A DNA stretch of 63,481 bases, filler included, from an uncultured Synergistales bacterium (GCA_937897575.1; 7 parts of 7 records of this genome joined end to end with filler, not necessarily neighbours in it); one strand, 5' to 3'; shown: positions 50,800 through 61,202, numbered from the whole stretch's first letter. The notes: generated by a model from the letters alone, not told the origin. Made by a program: numbers and translations.

Positions 50800-51852
50800 A
50801 TGGACGCTCGCAAGGGAAAAGACTGGACAATCGGCCTGCCGTACGTCGATAACGCACGGACAGTGTGCATAACCGTGGGCATAAACTTGGCTGTCGCCTT
50901 TCTCTTTTTCTTCGGTCGGCCGATCACGCTGAGATCCATCCTCCTCGACGCCTCCATCTGCGGTGTGATCACGTCCTTCATCGACGTCCCGACCGTGCTG
51001 TGGCGGATCAAGCGCCTTCGCCCCCTCGGACGCCTGCCGAAAAACATCCCCGAGAGCGCTCTGGCGATGCGGCTGCCGAGAAACCCACTGCTGCTCTCAC
51101 TCCTTCTCGGCGTCCTCTTCGGCGCGGTGACGCCCCTCTTCAACTTTCTCATCATCAGGTTCTACGAGGTCAGCACCTTTTCCTTCACGGGGTTCGCCCT
51201 CTGGAGGATCCTCTACACCTGCTTCCTTTCGGCCAAGATCGTCGAGATCGCCGTATTCCGGTATGTGCAACCCGATTGCGCTTCGGAGACGAACGGAATC
51301 ATGCAGCACGGCGACGATGCCGTCAAAGATCCGCTCCCTCGCGTCTCCACGTTCAAGCAGTGGTTCAACACCGTCACGGACGATTTCGGCTTCAACGTCC
51401 TCGTCGGTCTTCTCCTCGGAGGAACGCTCGTCCAGGATCACAACGTCATCATAGCGCCCGTCTACCGATCGGGAATAGCCATCTCCGCGCTTATCCTCGG
51501 CATCATCGTGACGACCCGCATGGTCTACCCCCTCGCGAAGACCATAAAGGAGGGACGGGACTCGGGACAACTCCCCACCGCCGTCGACGCGTGCCGATGG
51601 GTGGCGTGGCTCCCCCGACCGCCTGCGAAGTTCGCTCTCGCCCTTCTCCTTCCCGTCATAGTGTCGTCCATGGCGGTATTCCAGGCGGTTTTCTCCTTCT
51701 TCGGCTTCGAGGTGCTCGATTTCTTCCAATTCTTCTTCATCCGGACGCTGTTCGTCTCTCTTCTGTCCAAAGGAGTGGTCCGCCTGGCGCTGCTTCGCTA
51801 TATGCAGTCCGAACAGCGACACGAACCGGCGATGACCGACAGGGAGGCCTGA
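50800..51852 (+). CDS. polytopic membrane hypothetical protein with two-fold internal repeat
   Basis: About 8 hydrophobic segments; both halves share GxLP...LPRxP...RYxQ. Confidence 0.8.
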   Translation: MDARKGKDWTIGLPYVDNARTVCITVGINLAVAFLFFFGRPITLRSILLDASICGVITSFIDVPTVLWRIKRLRPLGRLPKNIPESALAMRLPRNPLLLSLLLGVLFGAVTPLFNFLIIRFYEVSTFSFTGFALWRILYTCFLSAKIVEIAVFRYVQPDCASETNGIMQHGDDAVKDPLPRVSTFKQWFNTVTDDFGFNVLVGLLLGGTLVQDHNVIIAPVYRSGIAISALILGIIVTTRMVYPLAKTIKEGRDSGQLPTAVDACRWVAWLPRPPAKFALALLLPVIVSSMAVFQAVFSFFGFEVLDFFQFFFIRTLFVSLLSKGVVRLALLRYMQSEQRHEPAMTDREA

Positions 51853-52095
51853 ACGATTACCTCGGTGAAAAAGGGATTCCATATTCGAACAACGACGGGG
51901 TGACGGAGGAAAAGCGAGTGCAGCTCCGTGTTCACGGCCGTATCCGAAAAAACCGTCGCCTCCCTCCCGGCCAGAGAAGCCGTCACACGGACGCGGCATT
52001 GCTCCAGCCGACCGGAGCGACAGGATGAAGAGTCGACTGCCCCGCGGCGAGGGGCGATCCACCTCCGGCGAGCGTCACAGAAAGGGAGTGATCCC

Positions 52096-54066
52096 ATGTT
52101 CGAAAAACTGCAATCCGAGGGGAAGATCGGCCGGCTCTCCATCAAGAACCGAGCTGTCATGCCGGCCATGGGGGTCAATCTGGGGAAGCGGGAGGGCGGG
52201 GTGACGGACGACATCCTCGCCTTTTACGAAGCTCGGGCACGAGGTGGAGTGGGGCTCGTGATCACCGAGGTCACCCGTATAGCGGACGGCCCGGGCATAA
52301 GCGACCCGTTCCAGCTGGCGGCCTACAGGCTGTCGGACATAGCGGAACTGGAGCGGCTCGTGGACGCCGTGCACAAGTACGGGACCAGGATATTCATTCA
52401 GCTCCAGCATCCGGGCCGGGAGGCGTCCTTCGCCGTCTCGGGGGAACGACCCGTGGCGCCGTCCGCCGTGGCGAACCCCATGCATGGCGGCGACGCGCCG
52501 CGCGAGCTGAGCACGGAGGAGTGCGAGGATATGGTCCGGAAATTCGTCTTCGCCGCCCATGTCGCCTCTCTGTCGGGCGCGGACGGAGTGGAGCTCCACG
52601 GCGCACACGGATACCTGATCAACGAATTTATCTCCCCCGCCATGAACTTCCGGACGGACCGGTACGGGGGGTCCTTCGAAAACCGAATGCGCTTCGTGAT
52701 TGAGATCATTGCAGGAATCAAAAAGAGCTGCGGGCCGAACTTCCCCATATCCGTTCGCATCAACGCCGAAGAGGCGCTCCCGGGAGGCGTCGACTTGGGC
52801 GAAGCCTGCAGGATAGCCGCGGAGCTCGAGAAGGTCGGCGCGGACGCGATCAACGTCAGCTGCTACTCCGCCGGCTGCATCGAGCCGGGGACCTATGAGC
52901 AGGGGTGGAAGAAATACATGGCCGAGGCCGTCAAAAAGGCCGTCGCCATTCCCGTCATCGCGGTGTGCAATATCAAGGAGCCTGAGGCGGCCGAGGTACT
53001 GCTGGAGGAAGGCGCATGCGATTTCGTGGGCATAGGGCGCGCCCTGCTCGCCGATCCGGACTGGTGCTTCAAGGTCTTCTCCGGCAATAAGGACGAAGTC
53101 CGCCGATGCATCGGTTGCCTTGGATGCTTCGGCGAGATCGTCAAGCTCCGGCGGGTCAAGTGCGCCGTCAACCCCAGCACCGGGCGGGAACGGGAATACG
53201 CCGTCCCTCGCAGGAACGGTGCAGGGCGAGTGGTGGCCATAGTAGGCGGCGGCCCTGCCGGAATCGAGGCGGCCCTGACGCTGAAGTCCCGCGATTTTTC
53301 TCCCATTCTCTTCGACGACGGAGTGCGCCTCGGAGGGACGCTCAATACGGCGGATAAGGGGTACGGCAAGGAGAAGATCGTCCGATACGTGGACGGCCTG
53401 GCTGCCCAGGTCGAAAGGGCGGGGATCGACGTTCGGCTTGGCGAAAAAGTTACGCCGGAGACGGTTCGCGCCGTGAGCCCGTGCGGTGTGTTCGTCGCAT
53501 GTGGCGCGGAACCCGTGATCCCGCCGATTCCTGGAATAGAGGGGGCAAACGTCTGTACGGCCGAGGAGGTGCTCCTCGGCAAAAAGAAGCCCACAGGAAG
53601 AGTCACCGTGGTGGGCTCGGGCATGACGGGCCTCGAGACCGCCGAAACTCTGGCCATGAACGGATGTTCCGTCACGATCGTCGAGATGGTCGACGAGCTC
53701 GGGCCCGGCATATACCCGGGGGTCGTGCAGGATGTGATGGAGCGGATCATGGCCCATAATCCGACGATTCTCAACGGGCACAGGCTGGAACGGGTCACGC
53801 CGGAGGCGGTGGAGCTGACGAGGAGGTCGGACGGAGAAAGGGTGTTCGTGAGGACCGACCATGTGGTGCTGGCTTTGGGAGTGTCCCCCAGAAAGGACGT
53901 GGTGGCCGGATTCAAGGCCGTTTTCAAGAACGTTCTCGTCGTGGGCGATGCGCAAAAAGGGGGTCGTATTCTGGAGGCGACGCAGGACGCTCGCGGGAAG
54001 GCCTTCACCTTCGAACCGGAAAGGGAAGGCTGTACCTGGGGCGATTGCCGCAATGAAGGGAGCTGA
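52096..54066 (+). CDS. NADH:flavin oxidoreductase (OYE-family Fe-S flavoenzyme, FadH/BaiCD-like)
   Basis: KNRAVMPAM, RARGGVGL, ELHGAHGYLI, NFRTDRYGGS, CIGCLGC..CAVNP, GGGPAG, GSGMTGLE. Confidence 0.92.
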   Translation: MFEKLQSEGKIGRLSIKNRAVMPAMGVNLGKREGGVTDDILAFYEARARGGVGLVITEVTRIADGPGISDPFQLAAYRLSDIAELERLVDAVHKYGTRIFIQLQHPGREASFAVSGERPVAPSAVANPMHGGDAPRELSTEECEDMVRKFVFAAHVASLSGADGVELHGAHGYLINEFISPAMNFRTDRYGGSFENRMRFVIEIIAGIKKSCGPNFPISVRINAEEALPGGVDLGEACRIAAELEKVGADAINVSCYSAGCIEPGTYEQGWKKYMAEAVKKAVAIPVIAVCNIKEPEAAEVLLEEGACDFVGIGRALLADPDWCFKVFSGNKDEVRRCIGCLGCFGEIVKLRRVKCAVNPSTGREREYAVPRRNGAGRVVAIVGGGPAGIEAALTLKSRDFSPILFDDGVRLGGTLNTADKGYGKEKIVRYVDGLAAQVERAGIDVRLGEKVTPETVRAVSPCGVFVACGAEPVIPPIPGIEGANVCTAEEVLLGKKKPTGRVTVVGSGMTGLETAETLAMNGCSVTIVEMVDELGPGIYPGVVQDVMERIMAHNPTILNGHRLERVTPEAVELTRRSDGERVFVRTDHVVLALGVSPRKDVVAGFKAVFKNVLVVGDAQKGGRILEATQDARGKAFTFEPEREGCTWGDCRNEGS

Positions 54067-54070
54067 CGAT

Positions 54071-54919
54071 ATGCACAAAGGATATGTGATGCCAAGGAAC
54101 GATATCGATGATTTCATGAAGGATGGCGCCATGAAGGACCAATACGGCATTCAGTTTTTTGCGGCGACCGATCCAAAGAAGGCCCGGGAACTGCTTCCTC
54201 CGCCGCTTGACCTCGTCGATCCCGAACGGCCTCTGGCCTATGGGTATATAGTGAACATACGACAGCCCACCTTCGCCCCTTGGTACATGGAGGGCGGATG
54301 GGGGCTCATAGCGCGACACGAGCAGTACGTGGGCGTGTACTTTATCGGCCTTATGCTGAGCGGTCCGGGCGCACTGATGGGGGCGTTCTCGGGACGGGAA
54401 ACGGCGGGGCTGCCAAAGAAACTCTGCGAACGCATCGTGGTCGAGCGCACCGGTGACGAGGGGCACTGTTTCATCGAACGGGGCGGGGTCCGATTGCTGG
54501 ACGTACGAACGAAGATCGGGGCGTACAACGACCCCTCCTTCCACACGGAGCAGGAGGGCTGCTCTCCGGACAGCCCTGTCGACACCGATGGCGCCTGCCT
54601 GCTCCACAAGTACTCCGTGGACGGTTTCTCGGGGTTTACGAGCATATCCCTGCTGAACTACGACAGCCCGACCCGTTTTTACTCATGGGAAGCCGCTTCT
54701 GCGGAGATCACCGTCGGTTCCTCCAACGACGACCGCTGGGGTGAACTCCCCGCCCGGGACGTCGTAGGGGCGGGATGGATGGTGAGCGACAACTGGGTTC
54801 GCGGGCTCTCGCACATCCACGAATATCCGCGCGAGGAGATCGCGTCCATCATGGGCTATCTGCTACCCGGCCGCTTCGACCGCTCCGTCTTCGAGCGGAA
54901 CCACCAGCGATATGAATGA
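54071..54919 (+). CDS. acetoacetate decarboxylase-like superfamily protein
   Basis: LLPPPL, YME, GRETAGLPKK (Schiff-base Lys motif), DDRWGELP. Confidence 0.82.
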   Translation: MHKGYVMPRNDIDDFMKDGAMKDQYGIQFFAATDPKKARELLPPPLDLVDPERPLAYGYIVNIRQPTFAPWYMEGGWGLIARHEQYVGVYFIGLMLSGPGALMGAFSGRETAGLPKKLCERIVVERTGDEGHCFIERGGVRLLDVRTKIGAYNDPSFHTEQEGCSPDSPVDTDGACLLHKYSVDGFSGFTSISLLNYDSPTRFYSWEAASAEITVGSSNDDRWGELPARDVVGAGWMVSDNWVRGLSHIHEYPREEIASIMGYLLPGRFDRSVFERNHQRYE

Positions 54920-56135
54920 CGATACGGAATCTCTACACGAGAGGGAGGGTGTTTTCATGAAATTGGACGGAGACGATATTCGAGACAAGAACGCGATCGT
55001 GGTCGGCGCCTCGGAAAAAGGGCTCGCGAGAGCCGAAGAACTTCTGTCGTCGGGCATCGGGCGGCTTGTGCTCGCCGACGGCGAAACCCAGAGGCTGTTC
55101 GAGGGGAGGGAGCGCCTGAGCGGGACGTACGGCGACAGGGTTCAATACCTGATCGGCAGGACGAGCTCGAAGGAGCACTGGATCTCCCTCGTGGTGGAAG
55201 CCCTCCCTTCTCTCGACGGCCGCATCGACCTGATCTTCAACGAGACCGGCGACTCGACGCCTGAAGAACCCACGGCCCTCGACGAATCCTATTACACGGG
55301 CAAGACCGCCGTCGTCACCGGCGCCGCGTCGGGCATAGGGCTCGCCATCGTCGAGGAGCTGCTCTCCTTCGGCGCCGAGAAGGTGGTCTTGGCGGACTTC
55401 AACGCCGAGAACCTCGAGAAGAACGCGCAACGCCTCTCCGAGCGGTACCCTGGGAAGGTCAAGGGCGTGCTGTGCAACGTGACCGTCGAGCGGGAAATGG
55501 CGGACATGATCGACGCTGCGGCGGCCTTCTTCGGTGGCCGTCTCGATCTCCTCGTCAACAACGCGGGGGCGGCGATGCAGGGGCTGTTCACCGCCCCATC
55601 GACCCCGTTGCCCTTCGATGAAAATAACCCTCATACGCCCCGACTTCAGAGCAACGAGGACTGGAAAAAGGCCTTCGACCTGAACTTTTACGGCGCCCTG
55701 TACGGGTGCCGCTCGGCCATCCCCATCATGCAGCGGCAGGGCGGCGGGCAGATCGTGAACGTCATCTCCGGCATGGCCTTCTACCCCATGGCCTACCAGA
55801 GCATGTACGCCGCGACGAAGGCGGCGCTCAACGCCCTCACTCTGACACTCCGAACGGAGTACTGGGACGACGGGATACGAATCTCCTCGGCCACGCCGGG
55901 AACGACAGCCACGGGCATCTGGAAGGGGCTGAAGGCGCCCGGGGGCGCCCAGACGCCGCAGCAGTCCGCACGGCGAATTCTCGCTGGGGCATGCCATAAC
56001 CGCCGCCTCATCTTCGGCGACGACGCCGACGTCATGGGCTCGAGAAACTGTTTTCACGTGGACTACGAGGATTTCTTGGACGCCTATCTGCTTGAGGTGG
56101 CGCGCAAACGCAGGGCAGGCACCCTGGCCATATAG
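54912..56135 (+). CDS. short-chain dehydrogenase/reductase with an extra N-terminal degenerate Rossmann repeat
   Basis: TGAASGIG, NNAG, YAATK; alternative start at 54957. Confidence 0.88.
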   Translation: MNDDTESLHEREGVFMKLDGDDIRDKNAIVVGASEKGLARAEELLSSGIGRLVLADGETQRLFEGRERLSGTYGDRVQYLIGRTSSKEHWISLVVEALPSLDGRIDLIFNETGDSTPEEPTALDESYYTGKTAVVTGAASGIGLAIVEELLSFGAEKVVLADFNAENLEKNAQRLSERYPGKVKGVLCNVTVEREMADMIDAAAAFFGGRLDLLVNNAGAAMQGLFTAPSTPLPFDENNPHTPRLQSNEDWKKAFDLNFYGALYGCRSAIPIMQRQGGGQIVNVISGMAFYPMAYQSMYAATKAALNALTLTLRTEYWDDGIRISSATPGTTATGIWKGLKAPGGAQTPQQSARRILAGACHNRRLIFGDDADVMGSRNCFHVDYEDFLDAYLLEVARKRRAGTLAI

Positions 56136-56223
56136 ACAGGAGACGATCCGTCCCGGGAGAGAGACGAAGGCGCCTCCGGCCAATGACCGGAGGCGCCGCT
56201 CTCTCCGCTTCGGAACTCGTTTC

Positions 56224-56910
56224 TTACTTCTCGCAGGCGATGGCCTTGTAGATCACGGCGCCGAGGATTGCGCCGAGGATGGGGGCCACCCAGAAGAGCC
56301 AGAGCTCCGATATGGCCCAGCCTCCCTGGAAGATGGCGACGCCCGTGCTCCGCGCCGGGTTCACCGACGTGTTCGTCACAGGGATGCTGATAAGGTGGAT
56401 CAGCGTCAGCCCGAGGCCGATGGCGATGGGAGCGAAGCCTGCGGGAGCCCGTTTGTCCGTGGCGCCAAGGATGATGATGAGGAACATCATGGTCATGACC
56501 ACTTCGCAGATAAAGCCGGCCATCATGGAGAACCCCGCCGGAGAGTGCTCGCCGTACCCGTTGGTGGCGAACCCCGCCGTCACATCGAAGCCGGCCTTCC
56601 CGCTGGCGATGAGGTAGAGCACTCCGCCCGCCGCCACGGCGCCGAGGACCTGGGAGACGATGTAGGGGACGAGGTCCTTCGTCGGGAACCGCCCGCCGGC
56701 CCACAGGCCGATGGAGACGGCCGGGTTCAGATGGCAGCCGGAGATATGCCCGATGGCGTACGCCATGGTGAGCACCGTCAGGCCGAACGCGAGGGAAACC
56801 CCAGCCCAGCCAATACCAACCTCGGGATGCCCCGCCGCGAGCACCGCGCTGCCGCACCCTCCAAGCACAAGCCAAAATGTACCGAAGAACTCCGCACCGT
56901 ACCGATTCAT
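56224..56910 (-). CDS. aqpZ: aquaporin Z
   Basis: [34 protein letters not shown]. Confidence 0.95.
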   Translation of the reverse strand: MNRYGAEFFGTFWLVLGGCGSAVLAAGHPEVGIGWAGVSLAFGLTVLTMAYAIGHISGCHLNPAVSIGLWAGGRFPTKDLVPYIVSQVLGAVAAGGVLYLIASGKAGFDVTAGFATNGYGEHSPAGFSMMAGFICEVVMTMMFLIIILGATDKRAPAGFAPIAIGLGLTLIHLISIPVTNTSVNPARSTGVAIFQGGWAISELWLFWVAPILGAILGAVIYKAIACEK

Positions 56911-57080
56911 TTGTCTTTCCCCTTTCAGGTCGTTTTTCTGCCACGACGCGGTGACACACAGCTCGCACCGGCAGCCATTCCTCTCGTCATAGAGATACTT
57001 TGTTCGTCGTGGTTTGTCAAGACGCACACCGTTTTTACAAACACGATTTTTCGGAAAACCGCGGGGCCGACGACGACCTT

Positions 57081-57180
57081 NNNNNNNNNNNNNNNNNNNN
57101 NNNNNNNNNNNNNNNNNNNNNNNNTTAATTAATTAANNNNNNNNNNNNNNNNNNNNNNNNNNNNNNNNNNNNNNNNNNNN
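57081..57180. other. artificial contig linker
   Basis: N-run + TTAATTAATTAA + N-run. Confidence 0.99.
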
Positions 57181-57724
57181 CGAGAATACCTTCCCGTTTC
57201 CCGAAGACGCGCGACAGGCCGTCGGGACGGACAGGAGGCACTTCCCCTCGACCGGTGCCCCACGACGGCTCCGTCGAGCTCAGGCACGATCGACTCTCCT
57301 GAGGCTGTGGCCTTGTGCGCTCTGGAATACCCCGAGCCGTCGGCGGCGCGGAGGAGCAAAACGGTCAGAGACGCCTTCGCGCGGGAGACAAACGGACTAT
57401 GGGGAGGGGCGATTTTTCGGGCGATGGCGCTTCGCGTTTTTCCGGACACAAATTCCGGTTCGTCGCTCTCGCCTCTTGGGCCGAAGTAATGGAGCTTCGC
57501 GCTTTTTCGGACACTCTGCCTCGACGAGGAGCTGGGTCGCGTTTTGGCAAGGAGGTGCGCGTCAACTGTCTTTCGCCCACAGTACAGGACAAGGGACAGG
57601 ACGGGGTCCGGAGCTACGGAACGGTGGGGTCGGAAAGGGATAGCCTCAGGCGCTCCATCGCTTCTCGAATCTGCCCCCGTCGGGGGCGTGACAGCTTCTT
57701 ATCACCCATAAGGAGGTCGGATCT

Positions 57725-58012
57725 ATGGAAAAATGGAAGGACAAACTGACGGATCAGCTGTGCCAGGCCTTTCTCTCCCTGAAAAACACCGAGGAGACCT
57801 ACTCGTTCCTCTCGGACGTGGCCACCATCGGCGAGATACGGGCCTTGGCCCAGCGGCTCGAGGTTGCCCGGCTGCTGAGCGAGGGGTTCACCTACCCCCA
57901 GATCGCGCAGCAGACGGGGGCGAGCACGGCGACCATCAGCCGCGTCAAGAAGTTCCTCGAATACGGCGCCGATGGCTACAAGCTGATCCTCGACCGACTG
58001 AAAGACGCCTAG
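57725..58012 (+). CDS. YerC/YecD family TrpR-related protein
   Basis: LAQRLEVARLL..TY..I...TGASTATISRV..L.YG.DGY; AAGGAGG RBS. Confidence 0.9.
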   Translation: MEKWKDKLTDQLCQAFLSLKNTEETYSFLSDVATIGEIRALAQRLEVARLLSEGFTYPQIAQQTGASTATISRVKKFLEYGADGYKLILDRLKDA

Positions 58013-58048
58013 AAAGAAAGGAAATTCACCGGAGCGAGCGTCTCCTTT

Positions 58049-58747
58049 TCAGGAGTCCGCTCGCTCCTTTGCGTAGAAGGGGCAGAGCGGGGCCACGGGA
58101 CAGCGCTGACACTGGGGTTTTCTGGCTCCGCACAGGCCGCGCCCGTGCTCTATGATGTTCACGTGCCCCCCGAGGTATCGTTCAGGGGCGACCCACGCTT
58201 CCATCACGGGCTCTATTTTGTCGGGGGGCAGGGATGCGTCCACCCACTCCATCCGACGGCAGAACCGGGCGATGTGGGTGTCCACGGGGAAGGCCGGTTT
58301 GTCCAGGTCGAAGAGCAGGACGCAGGCGATCGTCTTCGCTCCGATGCCCGGGAGGGACGACAGGTATTCCCGGACCGCAGCGTCGTCCATGGTTTTGAGC
58401 GCCTTCAGCGAGTAGGAGCCGAAGGTCTCCCTCACGTTCGCCAGAATGGCGAGCATCCGCTCCGACTTGGTCTTCGCCAGGCCGGCGACCCGGATCAGGT
58501 CCTCGATCTCGCCCTGAGTCGCCCCGGCCACCTCGTCCCAGGTCGGAAACCGCTCCTTCAGCGTCGCAAACCCTCTGTCCCTGTTCCTGTCGTTGGTGTT
58601 CTGGGACAGAAGAGTCAGGAAAAGACCGTCCAGCGGCTCGTCGTGGCCGAGCTCAGGGCGGTTTCGCTCATTGCCCCAGAGGGATTCGAGGATATCGAGG
58701 ACGGCGTCCAGGTTCTCCGGCCGCTCTTCCGGCTTATTCCTCGTCAT
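58049..58747 (-). CDS. nth: endonuclease III family HhH-GPD DNA glycosylase
   Basis: LSQNT, LPGIGAKT, PVDTH, C-x6-C-x2-C-x5-C. Confidence 0.88.
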   Translation of the reverse strand: MTRNKPEERPENLDAVLDILESLWGNERNRPELGHDEPLDGLFLTLLSQNTNDRNRDRGFATLKERFPTWDEVAGATQGEIEDLIRVAGLAKTKSERMLAILANVRETFGSYSLKALKTMDDAAVREYLSSLPGIGAKTIACVLLFDLDKPAFPVDTHIARFCRRMEWVDASLPPDKIEPVMEAWVAPERYLGGHVNIIEHGRGLCGARKPQCQRCPVAPLCPFYAKERADS

Positions 58748-61151
58748 CGTTCGTACCTGGCCCCTTCTCCCGCGTTTTGGTCCCCAGGGCCTTCAGCCTG
58801 TTTCCCTCGCGGCACCACTTCTTCAGCCTCGCCTTGACCTTTTTATGGATGGTCTCGGCCGGAACGCCCGTCAGGCGCTCAATGCCCTCGTCCACCGTGG
58901 CCACGCTCCACAGGGAGAAGGTCCCCGCCCGAACGGCCTCGAGCACCTTCTCGTCGAGCATGAGGTGCTGGACGTTCTGATGCGGGATCAGGACGCCCTG
59001 TTCCCCCGTGAGGCCGCCTATCGTACAGTACTGGAAGAAGCCTTCGACCTTCTCGTTGACGCCCCCGATGGGCTGGATGTTGCCGAACTGGTCCACGGAC
59101 CCCGTCACGGCGATCCCCTGCCGGATGGGGACGTCCGCGAGGGCCGAGAGGAGGCAATAGAGCTCCGTGGACGACGCGCTGTCGCCCTCGAGGCCGCCGT
59201 ACATCTGCTCGAAGGTTATCCTGGCGGACAGGGAGAGAGGCATGTCCTGGGCGTACATCCTGCCGAGGTAGCTCGTCAGGATGAGGAGCCCCTTGTTGTG
59301 GATGGGGCCCGTCATCTTGACCTCCCGTTCGATGTTGACGACGCCTTCGTTCCCCATGTACACGTTTGCAGTGATCCTGGAGGGGTGTCCGAATCGGTAG
59401 TCCATGAGATCCACGACGGAGAGGCCGTTCACCTGACCGATCCTCTCCCCCGCCGTCTCGATACGGATCACGCCGTCCTCGAAGGCCTGCGCGATCTTCT
59501 CCTGAACAAGGTTGGACCGGAATCGTTTCTCCTCTATGGCCTTCCGGACATGGTGCCTCTTGACGAGGGATTCTCCGTCCGCCCGGGCCCATGCCGTGGC
59601 CTCCACGACGATCTCGCTGATTCTGTTGAACTCCGTCGAAAGCCTGTCCTGCCCCTCGGCGAGGCGGCTTGCCCAGTCGATGACCTCGGCCACACCCGAC
59701 GCGTTGAAGGGGAGCCCCTTCTCCTTCTCGATGCAGGTCGCGATGAACCGGGCCATCTGGCGCTCCGTCTCGGGCGTCCGCTTCATCTCCGTGTCGAAGT
59801 CCGCCTTGATCTTGAACACCTTCAGAAACTCCGGATCGTAGTACTGAAGCAGGGCGTGCAGATACGGGGTCCCCACCATGACGACCTTCATGTCGATGGG
59901 GATGGGTTGAGGCCTGAGAGAGGAGACGGGGACGGCGCCGTACTGTTCGCCGAGGTTCTCGATGGCCGCCTCGCCGGTTCGAAGGACGCGTTTCAGGGCC
60001 TCCCAGGACATGAAGTTCAGAAGGACCTTCTCCGCATCGAGGACGAGGTAGCCGCCGTTGGCCTTCTGAAACGCGCCGGCGATGATCTTCTTGAAGTCCG
60101 TGTAGAGGTACCCCTGCCGGCTCTCGTACTCGACCTTCCCAGAGAGGTTGTAGTACGTGGGGTTGGTCTCCCAGACGACGGGCGCCCCGTCCTCGGGGTC
60201 GTTGCAGACGAACACGTTGACGGAGTAGCGGGAGAAGTCGACCTCCGCGTTCTCGTCCTTCACCGCGGCGATGAAGATGCCGAAGTTCTCGATGATGTCC
60301 TCCGTGAGGGCCTCAATCCATGCCGTGAGGGTCTCCGTCGTCCCGAAGGTCTCCCGGATTTCCTGAAGGTGCGGTGTTATGGCGCTGCGGCAGATCTCCG
60401 CCTCGAGTTTGGCGATCTGATCCTTCAGCTCCTTCTCGAGGTCCCGGATCTTCCGCAGGGTGTCCAGGGTCTTCTGGGAGACCTGTTCGGACTTCTTCTG
60501 CCAGGCTTTCTGTTCCTCCTCGGCGAGGGCTTCGAACTCCTCCTGCTGAATCTCCCGCCGGGTCTCGGTCCCGTCCTCGCCCTTCTCCACGGTCAAAGGG
60601 ATGTTCACGAATCCCTGAGGCGTCCGCTTCAGCGAGAACCCATTGTCGGCAGCCCAGGTCTTCACCGCCTCCATGAGCGTGTTGACCTTCTCCTGGAACT
60701 CCTTGACGAGCTGGGTCTTTCTGTCCTCGTACTGGCTCTGCTCGAAGGCCTTGCTTATGGCCTGCTTCAGCTCCTCGATCAGTTCGTCGAAGGCGACCCC
60801 CATGGCCTTGCCGCGCCCGGCGGGCAGGTTGATGGCAAGGGGCTGTCCCGGGTCGGAGAAGTTGAAGACGTACACCCAGTCGTCGGGCGCCGGCCGGCTC
60901 TTTCCCGCCTCACGGAGCCGCTTCAGCGAGTAGGAGGTCTTGCCCGTCCCCGGGTTGCCGAGGACGAAGATGTTGTACCCCTTGCTGTTCACCTCGAGCC
61001 CGAAGGAGACGGCGGCGACGGCCCGCTCCTGGCCTATGAGCTGGGTGAGGGAAGGGAGCTCCTTGGTGCTGGAGAACCCGAGGGATCGGACGTTCGTTTT
61101 CTTTCGGAGCTTGCCGATGGGCAGCTTCCTTCCTGCAGGGCTTTTGGCCAT
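58734..61151 (-). CDS. Lon-like (LonC/AAA_32) S16 protease
   Basis: IGQERA, GNPGTGKT, ANGGYL, EGDSAS (Ser) and GGVNEK (Lys) dyad. Confidence 0.9.
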   Translation of the reverse strand: MAKSPAGRKLPIGKLRKKTNVRSLGFSSTKELPSLTQLIGQERAVAAVSFGLEVNSKGYNIFVLGNPGTGKTSYSLKRLREAGKSRPAPDDWVYVFNFSDPGQPLAINLPAGRGKAMGVAFDELIEELKQAISKAFEQSQYEDRKTQLVKEFQEKVNTLMEAVKTWAADNGFSLKRTPQGFVNIPLTVEKGEDGTETRREIQQEEFEALAEEEQKAWQKKSEQVSQKTLDTLRKIRDLEKELKDQIAKLEAEICRSAITPHLQEIRETFGTTETLTAWIEALTEDIIENFGIFIAAVKDENAEVDFSRYSVNVFVCNDPEDGAPVVWETNPTYYNLSGKVEYESRQGYLYTDFKKIIAGAFQKANGGYLVLDAEKVLLNFMSWEALKRVLRTGEAAIENLGEQYGAVPVSSLRPQPIPIDMKVVMVGTPYLHALLQYYDPEFLKVFKIKADFDTEMKRTPETERQMARFIATCIEKEKGLPFNASGVAEVIDWASRLAEGQDRLSTEFNRISEIVVEATAWARADGESLVKRHHVRKAIEEKRFRSNLVQEKIAQAFEDGVIRIETAGERIGQVNGLSVVDLMDYRFGHPSRITANVYMGNEGVVNIEREVKMTGPIHNKGLLILTSYLGRMYAQDMPLSLSARITFEQMYGGLEGDSASSTELYCLLSALADVPIRQGIAVTGSVDQFGNIQPIGGVNEKVEGFFQYCTIGGLTGEQGVLIPHQNVQHLMLDEKVLEAVRAGTFSLWSVATVDEGIERLTGVPAETIHKKVKARLKKWCREGNRLKALGTKTREKGPGTNDDEE

Positions 61152-61202
61152 GGGATACCTCCTGAGATGGTCGAGATAATGCGGTGCCGGGCTGTCCGGA
61201 TA

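Noticed and set aside
52075..54150. 691-aa minus-strand ORF and many similar long antisense ORFs
   Set aside because: Shadows of well-supported genes on the opposite strand, expected from GC3 bias.
57549..57620. GAGGTGCGC...ACTGTC...GGAGCTAC, reminiscent of a lysine riboswitch
   Set aside because: Far too short, and the internal conserved elements are absent.
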